DNA from: Botryllus schlosseri
Lineage: Eukaryota
Length of the DNA stretch: 64,000 nucleotides
Direction of reading: 5' to 3'
NCBI GenBank assembly: GCA_051294905.1
Contig: CM119371.1
Coordinates: 8,558,001-8,622,000, forward strand
Made by a program: the position numbers and the translations under genes
Part shown: positions 38,857-50,731 of the stretch, piece after piece
Layout of the letters: every line of letters starts with the position of its first letter
How positions within the stretch are numbered: position 1 is the first letter of the stretch
Notes under the pieces: model-generated
What the model saw: only the letters and a program-made list of their open reading frames with translations
The model's database searches: none
What the model was told of the DNA's origin: nothing

Positions 38857-39978
38857 ATGGATTTGGCACGAATGATCGCTATGGGTGACACCGAAGTTAT
38901 ACAGCAAACTGATTTTCTCGATAAAGTCTTCAATTTCGATGACCACTCACGGTTGTCCATGACGGATATTGAAGTCGCGGACGCGCTATTTTCTCTTGAT
39001 GAGGATCGTAATGATGTATTCGATCAATTGCAGTCATGTGAATCGTCCGAAAGGGACATTATGACCGAGGAATCTGAATACAACCACAGACGACAAGCAG
39101 GCGTCATCAGCATTGGTCAATGGCGTGAAATGAGCTTTGATCCGGCTGCTTCACGTAACCGCGAGAAGATGCTAACATGGACCGGCTTTGCGTTCCCGAG
39201 TCCTCAGTCTCTGACACTGCCTTACTCGTGTAAGGTATTTCTTGGTGGGATTCCACCGCGCATAACCACGGGCGAACTCCACGAAAATTTCCGTCGTTTC
39301 GAGTTGGCACGAGTAGAGTGGCCCACCGTGAAGATCTCAAGAACGAAATCGCAAATTGGTTACGTTTATCTTTTGTTCAAGACGGCACGCGGCGTTAGCA
39401 AGCTGCTGCAGAATTGCGTATACGACAAACGGAAAGGTGGCTGGTATTTTCAATTGACTGGAGAAAGATTCGGTCGCTGGCAGAGTCAAGTTATGCCTTG
39501 GTCTGTTGACGACAGCCACCACATTCGCGTTACGTCTGTTAGTCGTGGCCACGAGGATGAGTCCGTTTTTGTGGGTGGATTGCACGGAATGATTACAGCT
39601 GAAAGGCTTTCGCATATTATGGACACGCTATTCGGTGGCGTCATTTATGCTGTTCTTGACGTCGACCGTTACAATTATCCAATAGGTAGTGGACGCGTCG
39701 TTTTCAGTTGCCGAAACAGCTTTCGAAAAGCCGTTGAGGCCGCTTTTGTCGGAGTACGAACTGATCGCTATCTGAAAATAATTCAGATTGACCCGTACTT
39801 GACTGTAGTGGAAAATTGTAACGTGTGCCGTTCCACCGCTTCTAACGTTAATTGCTTTAAATATACATCGAAATGCATTACATATTTATGTACTAAATGC
39901 GAGAAGAAACATCATTGCAAGGCCGTGCCGAAATACGAGATGATGTCAGTTGTGAAATGTCTTTCTCCTTCATCATAA
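38857..39978 (+). CDS. CPEB1-like: Cytoplasmic polyadenylation element-binding protein, CPEB1/Orb-like (2 RRMs plus divergent ZZ-type zinc finger), intronless, 373 aa
   Basis: LTWTG...YSCKVFLGGIP, GYVYLLF, QVMPW, VFVGGLHGM...LFGGVIYA..D.D.YNYPIGSGRVVF, AAFV...IQIDPYL, then CxxC..C..C..CxxC...H. These are collinear with the CPEB1 C-terminal half. Confidence 0.95.
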   Translation: MDLARMIAMGDTEVIQQTDFLDKVFNFDDHSRLSMTDIEVADALFSLDEDRNDVFDQLQSCESSERDIMTEESEYNHRRQAGVISIGQWREMSFDPAASRNREKMLTWTGFAFPSPQSLTLPYSCKVFLGGIPPRITTGELHENFRRFELARVEWPTVKISRTKSQIGYVYLLFKTARGVSKLLQNCVYDKRKGGWYFQLTGERFGRWQSQVMPWSVDDSHHIRVTSVSRGHEDESVFVGGLHGMITAERLSHIMDTLFGGVIYAVLDVDRYNYPIGSGRVVFSCRNSFRKAVEAAFVGVRTDRYLKIIQIDPYLTVVENCNVCRSTASNVNCFKYTSKCITYLCTKCEKKHHCKAVPKYEMMSVVKCLSPSS

Positions 39979-40006
39979 TTCGACATTTGTTTTGATTTAA
40001 TATTAA

Positions 40007-40116
40007 TTTTAATACTCCCGTCTTTTAAGCCGTATTTTTCATCGTTTCTATGGTATGTTCAGTTTTTAACGTCTCTGCTTTTAAAAAAATAAGAATTTTC
40101 AATTTTTATGTTTTAT
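40007..40116 (+). promoter_or_regulatory. CPE-like motifs in the putative CPEB 3' UTR
   Basis: TTTTAAT 40007-40013, TTTTTAT 40103-40109, TTTTAT 40111-40116. The AT-rich context makes chance matches possible. Confidence 0.4.
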
Positions 40117-41748
40117 GTTGATGGGATGGGAAATGTAGAATGAGGAAGTATGATACGATTGATATTATCTAGTTGCGGTACAACTTAAACCGACGAGAAA
40201 ATCATCAGACATTTTACAACATGTAATATATCTTCGCTGAATAATCAAACTTTTCCGAGACTGCTCAGTGCGTCTCAATCCGTCATTGTGACGTCGAGAT
40301 CCGTAGTTTTACCGATTGAAGACGATAGGGGATCTAAAATCGCATCGCTCTAACACAAAGGTTATTAACCTTTTCTCCTACAGTGCCCGTTTTCAAACAT
40401 TGCCTATGGCTGGCGTCCTCCACTCAATATTTTAAGGACTCTAGCGAAATGGGTAATAGGTTGAAGTCCGGTCGATGATTTCGGATTGGGACGTTACTAT
40501 TGGAAATATTTCGCGCTTGAATCGGGCGTGAGGAACGTTCGACAAATTAGTGATATAATATTTGTAATTATAATAATTATGTACCTCTCAAATACACGTA
40601 TGATTAATTAATCAATTGGGCGAAATACCTTCAGAACATCTTCAATGTATAAATGGGCTCTCACTCTCAAAAATGACACATTGCCTTTTCGATGTCAACA
40701 CGCCGTGCGCTGCTGGTCGAAAGATTTTGTAGAGAAAATTCTGAGCTGCGTGACGAGAGTGTTTTCACGGGAAATTGGCGATCTAAAAGTACGCGTAATG
40801 TATTTGATATGAATTATAATAAACCACTGCATTCATGAAACATGTTGCAAACATCGTCGGTATATGTTCTTGCGCAGCGTGATGAAAAAATTTGAGGTTT
40901 GATGGATTTTGTCGACTGTTACTTTGCAATGAGAACTCAGGGATATATAAAACTATTATTCAACTCAGGGCCGGGCAGACCTGCTTCATGCGCGAGCAGC
41001 ATATATCAACAATCTTCGCTTTAAAAGAGTCAGAACGCAAAAATTCAAAAATACGAATTCATGACGTCGCAATGACATGCAAGCTATCAAATGAAGTTTA
41101 TTATTGTGTGGTAATACGCTGCGTGTCCACCTTGACTGCAAGGTGTTTGAAATCCGACCGATATGGCGTCTTAGCAGTGCGGTGCAGTTCCTTCAAGTAC
41201 TGATGATAATTTAAGGAAAATTTCAGCACAATAATCTGGACGACATTTTATTGGCCAAACTCTGCAGTTATTGCTAGCATTGACAATGCTAATGGAAGAG
41301 CCGTATTCAATTCACCATTGTCAGCCCGGAAATGATGAACTGTACTGGCGTAATAATTATCGTGTTCGTGTTCATTGTTTAAGTCAATGATTTATCATTG
41401 ATTGATGACCAGGCATCCATTGTTGTGAGTGAAACGTTTATGGAACTCGATTCCAGAGTCTAATTGCAAATTACCAGCCCTGTAGTTCGCTGACCTCACT
41501 GCATATATGCACTTTCGTACGAAAAGCCCAGAAGCAAGTAAAGTCGAGCTTACGGAAATCGGCTGCAACAGATACTGACGAGGACGCGTGCAAGAGAGAG
41601 TGAAAGACGTGTATGGAAGTCGTCCGCAAAAATCGTACAAGCAAAAAGACCAAGCAAAGGACAATATTCATGATCGGGCGCAAATGACCTTATCGGTGAT
41701 AAGCGCCAAATATTGATCAACTACACACACACACACACCAGCCCTGTA

Positions 41749-42005
41749 TCGTCGCAGTGGAATCAAAGTATCTTATGTCCAGTTTTCAAATTTTGAAGCT
41801 TCCTTTTTTAAACTTGAAAAAAATCGACTTTTCGAAAATTTTTGTATTTCTTTCGGTCATATCTTAGCCATGGTTATGTCTGTCTCAGTGTATCAAAGTT
41901 AATCGGGCCCAATATATGGCTGAAAGAAGATGAAAACTTCACTCAAAGTTAATTTTCCCAAAATGTATAAAATGGACATAAGATACTTTGATTCCATGGC
42001 GACGG
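41749..42005. mobile_element. Tc1/mariner/pogo-type MITE
   Basis: ~32-bp imperfect TIR (C/T)CGTCGC..TGGAATCAAAGTATCTTATGTCC, flanked by TA. Confidence 0.8.
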
Positions 42006-43687
42006 TATAGTACCGCCTTACACTAAATTTTACATGTCTTTCGTAAACCACGAGGAAAGAAACAACACGAAAACAATACGGATATCGTTAATGCACGATA
42101 AAATGCATCAATTTATAATCAGGGTGATCCTCTCTAACAAAATAGGGAAACGCATGAGCATTCTGGAATTATTAAAGAGCCGCAATCAAAGTCGGAAAGA
42201 GCTTCAGTTCGCCCACCCCTGTACTATATAATCAGTAGGGGAAGTTTTTGTTGCACTAAAATAGCGAGAAAGTTGCAATTAATTTTATCAAAAGTTGCAG
42301 TTATCAGCTTTGTTAAATTATTAGGGCATGAGATACTCGAAAGGCTCCGTTGTATAATCTAATTGCTGCAGAGCCGTCAAATCTGCTACTTTGCAATTTC
42401 ACGGACTGTCTGGCGGGACTGGCAGAAACTACATTTTTACCGGTGGACAGCAATAAAATTACGCAATGCGAGATTAATTTTACCCCAAAAGCCAAACATC
42501 ATAGAAACAGCCCCATCCCCCGTAAGATAAGTCAAATAACACCTACCAAACCCCTTTGGGTATGCAAACTTGACCCACGGCATTGCAGGAAAACTCACTC
42601 TTAGCGACCCTGAAAAAGGCGACCTAGTAAAAATGTAATATTTGCGGTCTCGCCCGGCGTTCGTGAAATGGGAATTGAAAAACAGCGTTATCTTATTCAC
42701 GTTGATAGTCGATAATGTTTCCTCGCAAACGTATGAAAACCGAAGGATAACAAGTTATTTCGTGGCAATCTTTCGCAGCTAGGCAAACTCGGATTCATTC
42801 AGTGACGCATAAACGCATAACACAACGAAAACAAAGACTAGAAAAAAAGTTTGAAGTCACACTAATTTCATGTGATTTGATAAGCAAGTAGTTAGGGATT
42901 ACGGCAAACTGCGAACGTGGGTGACATTAGCATGTAAGACGGGTAACTCTCTGCGAGCCGCTCAAAATCCCGTCTCCAGTCGTATGTTGCTCGCCCCTGA
43001 ATAAAAACCAACCTATAGGTAGAACTGTTTTGCGTCTTGAGCGATCATTATTACACCGTTCAACAAAATGAAGAAAAAAAATCGGCAAAACATCTAGCAG
43101 TCTTTCAAGATTGCTGGTTATGCATATCACATTGACTTTGCCATATTGACTCTAGTTTAGGAGATACGTATATCCCTAAAAACAAATTACTTTATTTACC
43201 GCTTAATATTGCACATGATAGAAAGTAAATAGTAGACTTTGAATGTCTACGATGCGGATCAACTGATAATTGTCTAAAAATAACTCTCATGTCGTCATTA
43301 GTACTTCAATCAGCATGAAAATGACTTGATGCGAAATCATTGTTTGTCAAAAGAGCAGTCGGCCAAGCCTAAAAATATTATGCTTTCTAACAACGGAAAT
43401 GTATTATTCCTGTACCGGTTGGCCATTCTATCAAGAAAAAAGAGAAATATAAAGCTATCAAATTTGTCCGTGAGAAGCTTTACTACAATAGCCTACTCAT
43501 ATGCCACCCATGTCTTTTATCTCGTAAATCAGTGGTTCCCAACCTTTTTCCACCCACGTACCATTTTGAGGTTTTATGCATTGCTCGCGTACCACCTATA
43601 TAAGTTACGCGCGTTTCCACTATTTATGACGTCTACTCACGTATTTGACCTATGCGAGGTGTATTGACAAATTCTATTAAACTAGAC

Positions 43688-44966
43688 ATGGGATGTCAAA
43701 CATACGGCCCGTGGGTCGGATCCGGCCCGCATAGCAATTCTGAGTAGATTGAAAAAATATTATATTATCCATCACACCCACATTAATAAACAAATTACAA
43801 CGTCCGCGTTGACAGTTAAATATCTTGTATTCATCACAAGGCATACGCAGGGATAACGCCAGATTATGCCTAAAGCAGGGGTGGCCAACCTTTTTGCCAT
43901 CCACATTTCGACTACTCGTGTAGCCAACGGCCGCATTCCAGAGCATAGTCGTAATGAACGAGTTGCTGGATGCCAAATACCCAGGTTAAAGTGTCTATGT
44001 CCATTTCTGGTGAACTCCGAACGAATGTATTTAATGATAGGCTTACTATGCGCACCAAAATCGCGAGCGGTCACTGGTAATGTTAAGGAATGAAGTGCTC
44101 ATAGTCGCGCGAAGCGAGAAAAAAATTCAGATTCACCAATGAATTTCGTCATTGATGTTAGTAGTTTTACATATTACCGTCAAACATTTATCCTTTCTCA
44201 TCCCGTGTGATCAGATTCACTGGTATAGAGTTGATGTAGCGGGTGTTTTCGAAAATTTAATGCAAGTTATAGATTATGATGCATCTTCGGGTGGGCCAAT
44301 TGGTATTAGTCACTTTGTAGCAAGCTGTTATTTCTTGACCTCCCATCAGGATTGTTAGTATAGTGTGGAGCACAAGATTCCGAGCTGATATTTCCATGCG
44401 AGGTGCATCATTTTCCATTGATGTTCGCATCTGTATTGTGGGGCTCTGATTGCGAAGGGTGCCACTATATTGAAATCGAAAAATGTAGTGGCATTGAATC
44501 GCGCCCAGCGCGAAGAAAATTTCAAGATTAATTAAAATCTTTCAAGAAATCGGGAGTCAATTCGTAAATTCGAATTGCATGTCGATGGCCGCCAACACAT
44601 ACTAATTGAATTGCGTGTCTACGGCCGCACAAATTCCCTCTTACTGCCGCAGGTTGGACACCCCTGGACTCAAGCGAAGGGAGCACAGAAATATGTCTAC
44701 TTGTATCGCCGGTAATGCCATTGCGTTCAACCGAACAAACATATCGCATTTTCGCCAATTTCATTGCTCGCAAATAATGGTGTTGCGACTCGCTAGAATG
44801 AAACCCCTACGATCCGTGTATTATCTATATATGTTTGATAATTAAAGTATTTCCGCGAGAAGCAATGGCACGAGGCAACATCTTGGATTCCGTTGACAGG
44901 TCCAGCCCGCGAGCGATTTCACGACTTCGATCCGGCCCGCGATGCAATTTGAGTTTGACACCCCTG
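43688..44966. mobile_element. Older nested hAT MITE containing a further hAT MITE at 43876-44666
   Basis: Outer TIR ~CAGGGGTGTCAAAC with CGGCCCG motifs; inner TIR CAGGGGTG(G/T)CCAACC with TSD GCCTAAAG/GACTCAAG (6/8). Confidence 0.7.
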
Positions 44967-45488
44967 AACTATATATAGGCATTATCATTTATCACCCAGG
45001 GTTGATGGGATGTATGGAATTGTTTTTCACCACCAGCCACAAGAAGAACAACATGGAAATAACAACACACATTCAAAAGTCAATTTATTTAATGCGATGG
45101 CTGCATTTCTTTATTTTCCACTAGCTTGTCGACGCATCAGCTTACAGCGCATCAGCTTACAGCGCATCGAAAGTCATATATGGGCGCAACAAGTCGGTTT
45201 CGTTTCTTCGACTTAACGGTCACCAGGGAAGAAAATCATTGCTCGCATTCCCACGTATAATGGAAAATTAGCAGCTGATGGGGAATAGCCTGAGACGACG
45301 GCTTCCAAAAACTCAAAATCAACCTCAGCTGAACTAGAAACTCCCTTCGGTCGAAAAAAAACAGAATCTACTCGCGTACCACCTGGAAGACCTTCGCGTA
45401 CTGTAATAATAGCTGCTTCTTTACTAAGCTCAGCAACAGACTGCAGAGTACATGTTTATTACTCGTCGGTCTACAACACACTGATTAA

Positions 45489-46430
45489 CCCTTACGAGGT
45501 GGGCGTATCATATATGATATGGCATGTCTCCGACACCGATTTCTACATGTTGACACGCCCTAGACATCGGGTACTACGTATTTTGAAAAGTTGAGACTTT
45601 TCTGATGTATCTGGTACCTTACTCAAAAATTTTAGTTTATAAAAATAAACAAAAAATTAAAAATGAAATAAAATATGGTGATCACCTGAAACTTCCGGAT
45701 ATTTTCCGAGTGGGAAATATTGTCGGAAAATCTGCCAGAACATCAGAAGTCGACACGTAAGGTTTTCTGTGTAAATTTTCACCGTTTCAAACATCAAAAC
45801 GTTTTCTGGAGAGTTTTCTGAGGGGGATTTGTAAATTTTGGTCACGCTTCAGTGATTTTCAAGATCTAGGTCAAGTTCAAGTGCAAATTCAGTCGGCATA
45901 TGAGTCATAAACAGGTTTACTATGCCTGCAAATGGTTGGATATGACAAAAGAAAGCATATTGCGTTGTTTTATGCCATAAACCGGACTGTAGGGGCCGAT
46001 TGAGTCTTGATCATGAACTTGACCTTGATTGACCACTCACTGACCACGCCCATTTGTAAATTTTATATCTATTTTCCATTTTTCGATATCTGACGAACCG
46101 CGCGGTTTACAACCATGCTTGACGGCTTGTTTGAAACCAGGCAACAGTGACTACGCACTGAAGCATCACATTCCTCTCCCTGACGCCATCCTGAGGGTCA
46201 GCCTTGAAAATTGAGAGAGAGAGATTTTTTTGAGGGAAAGCTTGTTTATTTAAACTTATTAAAAAACCTCAGACATGTCATGGGGTGTCGATCAAGGGTA
46301 GAATCGATAGAGGGCTATACTCCGCCCACTTTTAAACTGGAACGGCCCAGATACAAGACCTGGTGGGGTCACGGTGAGAATTTGAAAAGTGAAAGTCAAT
46401 TCTGCAAAATATGGCCCCACCTCGTAAGGG
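45489..46430. mobile_element. Non-autonomous piggyBac-type element in the 3' LTR
   Basis: TTAA TSD (45485-88, 46431-34); 15-bp TIR CCCTTACGAGGTGGG; removing it restores an exact 150-bp LTR. Confidence 0.95.
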
Positions 46431-46497
46431 TTAATGAAACAAGGATGCAGGCTGGAGCCTTGGAAAACATAAACGGAAATAATCAGATATTACAACA

Positions 46498-46507
46498 TCT
46501 TCCTTCC
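46498..46507 (-). promoter_or_regulatory. Polypurine tract
   Basis: GGAAGGAAGA directly abutting the 3' LTR on the minus strand. Confidence 0.85.
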
Positions 46508-46560
46508 AATAGTTTAGAAGTAAGAATGGCACAGTGACTACAATACTACACAAGGAAAAG

Positions 46561-49500
46561 TCAGTATTGAAGCCGATTCGGAGCCTTGACGAGCCTGCCG
46601 GATCTCGTGGTAATAGCACGAGTGCTGCCATCACTGATTGCTGTGGCATCACCAATATGCATGTCGTTGGATTTGGATCGAATAGGAGTCTTGATAAGTC
46701 TGCAAGGCCTTGTGGTAATTGCTCGAGCGCCGTCATTAGCCATTGAAGACGCATCACCAATATCCATGTCGTTTGTTTTCGTTTGCTCGGCATCGTCGAG
46801 TGTAGCTCGTTTTGTTGCGCTGGTTTCACGTAGATGGATTCTGTTTCGTACCAATTCATTACCCTTTTCAGTTTGCACCCTGTACGAACGTTCATTTTCT
46901 CTGGTCACCACTTTAGCTGGGGACCATATTTTATCATCTTTGTTGAATACACGAATCTGTTGTCCCTCTATCAATGGAGGGAGAGCCTTGCTGCGAATGT
47001 CAGAATAGTCCTTTTGTTTCTGCAGTCGAGCTTGCACATGGTCTTTATAGATCTCTGGTTTGTTGCTGATACCGTGACTTGGCATAGCTGTAGGGATCGG
47101 TCTACCAAATATCAGCTCGGCTGGGCTAGGTAGAACACTGTCCAGTGGAGTTGCTCTAACATTTAATAGTGCCATATGGATATCTTCTCCCCCTTTCATG
47201 CATTTGCGAAGAATTGGTTTCAGGTATCCAATTTGTCTTTCGATGAACTCGTTTGATTTTGGAAAACGGGGCGAGGATTTGGTATGTTTGACATCCCACA
47301 TGTGACAAAATTTGTCAAACTTGCTGAGGTAGCATGGACCGTTGTCAGAGACGATTTCTTGTGGCACGCCAAAAAGGCTAAAACTTTCTTTGACATCTTC
47401 GATTACGTCTTCGCTGGTGCTTGAAGACAGTTTTTTTCACAACCGGGAATCGACTGTAGTAGTCTGAAATTATAATGAAATGTTCACCTTGAATTTCAAA
47501 AAGATCTGTTCCCAGCTTGGTCCATGGCATATTTGGTCGCTCATGACTGATAAGCGGTTCTCTTGTTTGTCGCGGTAGAGCCTCCTGACATAATTCACAA
47601 TTTCTGCAGAGATTTTCAATGTCCTTGTACAGCCCTGGCCAATAGACACTTTCCCGGCTCAGAGCACGCGTTTTCTCAATCCCTTGATGACCTGCATGAA
47701 GCTGCGACAGTATGTCATTCCGCATAGTTTCGGGAATAATGACTTGTCGACCTTTGAAGATGATGCCATCTTCAACTGCTAGTTCGTCCCTATAAGTCCA
47801 AAAGCTTCTCAGTTCATTTGGGATGGACTTGATATCTTCTGGCCAGCCAATGAAAATACATTCAGATAGTTCGTGTAGGACGTGGTCTTTGGTTGTCTCA
47901 GTTCTCAGATCTTTTCTCTTTTCTTCTGAGAAGTGGATCATGTCTATGTCCGTGTTCTCGATTGACCACATTGAGATTTCTTCCACGTGCGAGTCAAGGT
48001 CAATATATCCAGCATTGGCTGTATTAGGCATTCTTGACAGGGTGTCTGCTAGAGTCATTTCATTGCCAGGTCTGTACTTAACATCAAAGTCATATCCTTG
48101 CACTTTCAACATCATTCTTTGCAGCCTTGGGGGTGCGACCCGTAGAGGTTTTTTAAAGATCATTTCCAGAGGTTTGTGATCTGTGACCACGGTGAAGTAT
48201 CGACCATAAAGATAATGGTGGAATCTCTGTATGCCACATATAACGGCAAGGCATTCTCTTTCTATATTGCTGTAGTTTGCTTGAGACGTCGTGAGCGTTT
48301 TACTGGCAAATGAAATGGGTGCCCCATCCTGAATCAAGGCTGAGCCCATTCCTTTCATCGAGGCGTCTACTTCCAATGTGACAGGACGTTGCGGGTCATA
48401 ATATCTCAATGCCATGCAGTCGGAGATACCTTTTTTCATTTCGTTGAAGGCTTTCTCGTGGTCAGTATCCCAGGTGAATGGCGTATCTTTTTTAGTCAAG
48501 TCTCTCAGAATGGAAGAGCTAACCGAAAAGTTTGGAAGATGGTTAGCGAGGAAGTTGGCCATCCCAAGGAACCTTTGGAGATCTAGCTTGGTTGTTGGTG
48601 ACGGCATTCTCAATATGTCTCCAACCTTTTTAGGATCAGGGTATACTCCGTTGTCGGTGTAAATGCGTCCAAAGAATGAGATTCTTCTTGACTTCACGAT
48701 ACATTTACTCTGATTAAATTTGAAACCTACTTGCATTGCAACTTTCATGAATCTCAGGACACGTTCATCGTGTTCGACTTCTATGCTGCCGTAGATGACT
48801 ATGTCATCCGAGATTCCGACGCAACCGTCACATTTTTCTAGAATGCTGTCCATTCGGGCTTGAAAGATATCCTGACTTACTGATAGCCCAAAAGGTAGTC
48901 TCATGAAGCAATATCGACCAAATGGAGTTCTGAATGTGGTTAGTTCTTGAGACTCCTTGGCCAGTTTCACACTCCAATACCCCGCCTTCGCATCCAGTTT
49001 GGTAAAGAACTGGGCTTTGCATAGGGCTGGAGTTATTTCTTCCACTGTGGGAATATTGTGCGGATATCGTTTCAGTGCCTTGTTAAGTTTGTGTGGGTCG
49101 AGGCACATACGAAGATCACCGTTCTTTTTCACTGCATACGCTAGTGAGGAGCACCAATCTGTATGTCCCTCTACTTTGCGAATGACTTTCAAGCTCACCA
49201 TACGCTCTAGTTCAGTTTTGATCTTGTCTTTTAAATTGAGAGAGACCCTTCTCGGTGGATCTATCGACGGTATCGCATCCTTCGTCACATGAAGATTCTC
49301 TTCTCCATTGAACTCTCCAATGCCATTAAAGCACCCAGGAAATCTTCTAGTAAGATCTTCCACTGTGTTCAGAGCGTCTCTGTCTGATTCACTTTTAATA
49401 TCGTCGATATTAAACTGGATGAGGTCAAGTTTCAAACAGCCTGGTAACCCAAGAATTACTGGTCCGGGCACATCCACAACGTAGAACTTGAGCTCAACCG

Positions 49501-50656
49501 GTTTGTGGTCAGTTTTCTTTCTTATTGATAGCGTTATTGATCCATGGCAAAGAAGTTTCGTACCGGAGTATCCTGTCAATCGAACGTTCGGTTCGTCTTG
49601 TAGGATTTCACCGTATGGCTTGCTTCCAAACATCTGTTTGTATGTTCGTATCGGTAAAGTGTTACCACCAGCTCCTGTGTCGAGCTTGGAGTAGAGCTTG
49701 CCAGTTACTCTTGGCTCTGTGTATTTCATTAACAGAGGTATAATGACCTCTTTACAGTCCTCATCACATGCAATGTCATTGATCAATATATGGTGGAACT
49801 CAATTCCAGCTTCATCATCACTGTCCAGCTGTATCTCGTTGTGATAACTCTTTGATCTTTTGTTTCTGTGGTATTTTCTTTGAAATTGCTGTTCACTGTC
49901 TTGCTCTTCTGCAGATTCATCGCGTTCATTTTGAGCATGTTTGCAGGTTTTCATCCAGTGGCCCAATTTACCACAACGATGACAAGTGGCATTATATGCA
50001 GGACAACTTCTCGGTCTGTGATTTAGGCCACAGCTTGTACATCGTTTACCTTTCTTTATCATGTCTATATTGTCATTGCACATTCCACTGCCAGTATTTC
50101 CAGTAGTCATCCTGGACAGTGAGTCACTTGACGCTTGGATCGCTTCATATTCTCTCCCCTTTTCTAGAATTTCAGCCAGACTAGCACCTTTAGGTTTAGT
50201 CATCAATTCCTTTCGAAAGTTCTCGAATGGAGTGGAAAGGATAATCATCTCGATCAGACGTTCATTCAACTCCTCAATTCCAAACTCGCAACGAGAGGCC
50301 TTCTCCCTCAAGCGTGAGATAAATCCAGTAATGGTTTCTTCAGGTCGCTGCCTGATTTGAGAGTACTCAAGTCTGTGAATACGAAAGTTAATCTTGATTG
50401 AAACGTCAATCTCACTTTCTATCTGCTTCCATATTTCTTTTGGATCCCTCTGATTCTGCTGTGTGAGGCCAGAATTCATGATTCTGCGCATTCCCTCGTC
50501 GCCAAGTGCTATTTTTATTTTTATGGCCTTTTTCACGTCGTCTGTGATCTCTTGGTCCATAAAGAACAACTCCATTCTTGCCTTGAAGGCTCTAAACGAG
50601 TCCACGAGCGGTTCATGTTTCCAGTCCATATGCGGCATTGGAATATTGCTAGCCAT
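46561..50656 (-). CDS. gag-pol: Single gag-pol polyprotein with one +1 frameshift in the integrase (A7 run, 47431-47437)
   Basis: Twin knuckles CTSCGLNHRPRSC/CHRCGKLGHWMKTC; protease LDTGA; RT LDAKAGYW, RLPFG, ISDD; RNase H VDAS..ERE..TDHKPL; integrase HAGH..CELC, TDLF, SDNGP, IER. Confidence 0.95.
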
Positions 50657-50717
50657 TGTAGGTAAGGTCTTTGAAGAATGTAGGAGACAAAACGTACCTT
50701 TTCAACATAGACGCCAA

Positions 50718-50731
50718 CACCGCTGCCACCA
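50718..50731 (-). promoter_or_regulatory. Primer-binding site, tRNA-Leu type
   Basis: TGGTGGCAGCGGTG directly after the 5' LTR is complementary to the 3' end (...CACCGCTGCCACCA) of animal tRNA-Leu(AAG/TAG). Confidence 0.85.

Noticed and set aside
41723..41738. (CA)n microsatellite, and the poly-C run at ~16686-16701
   Set aside because: Short simple repeats with no further significance.
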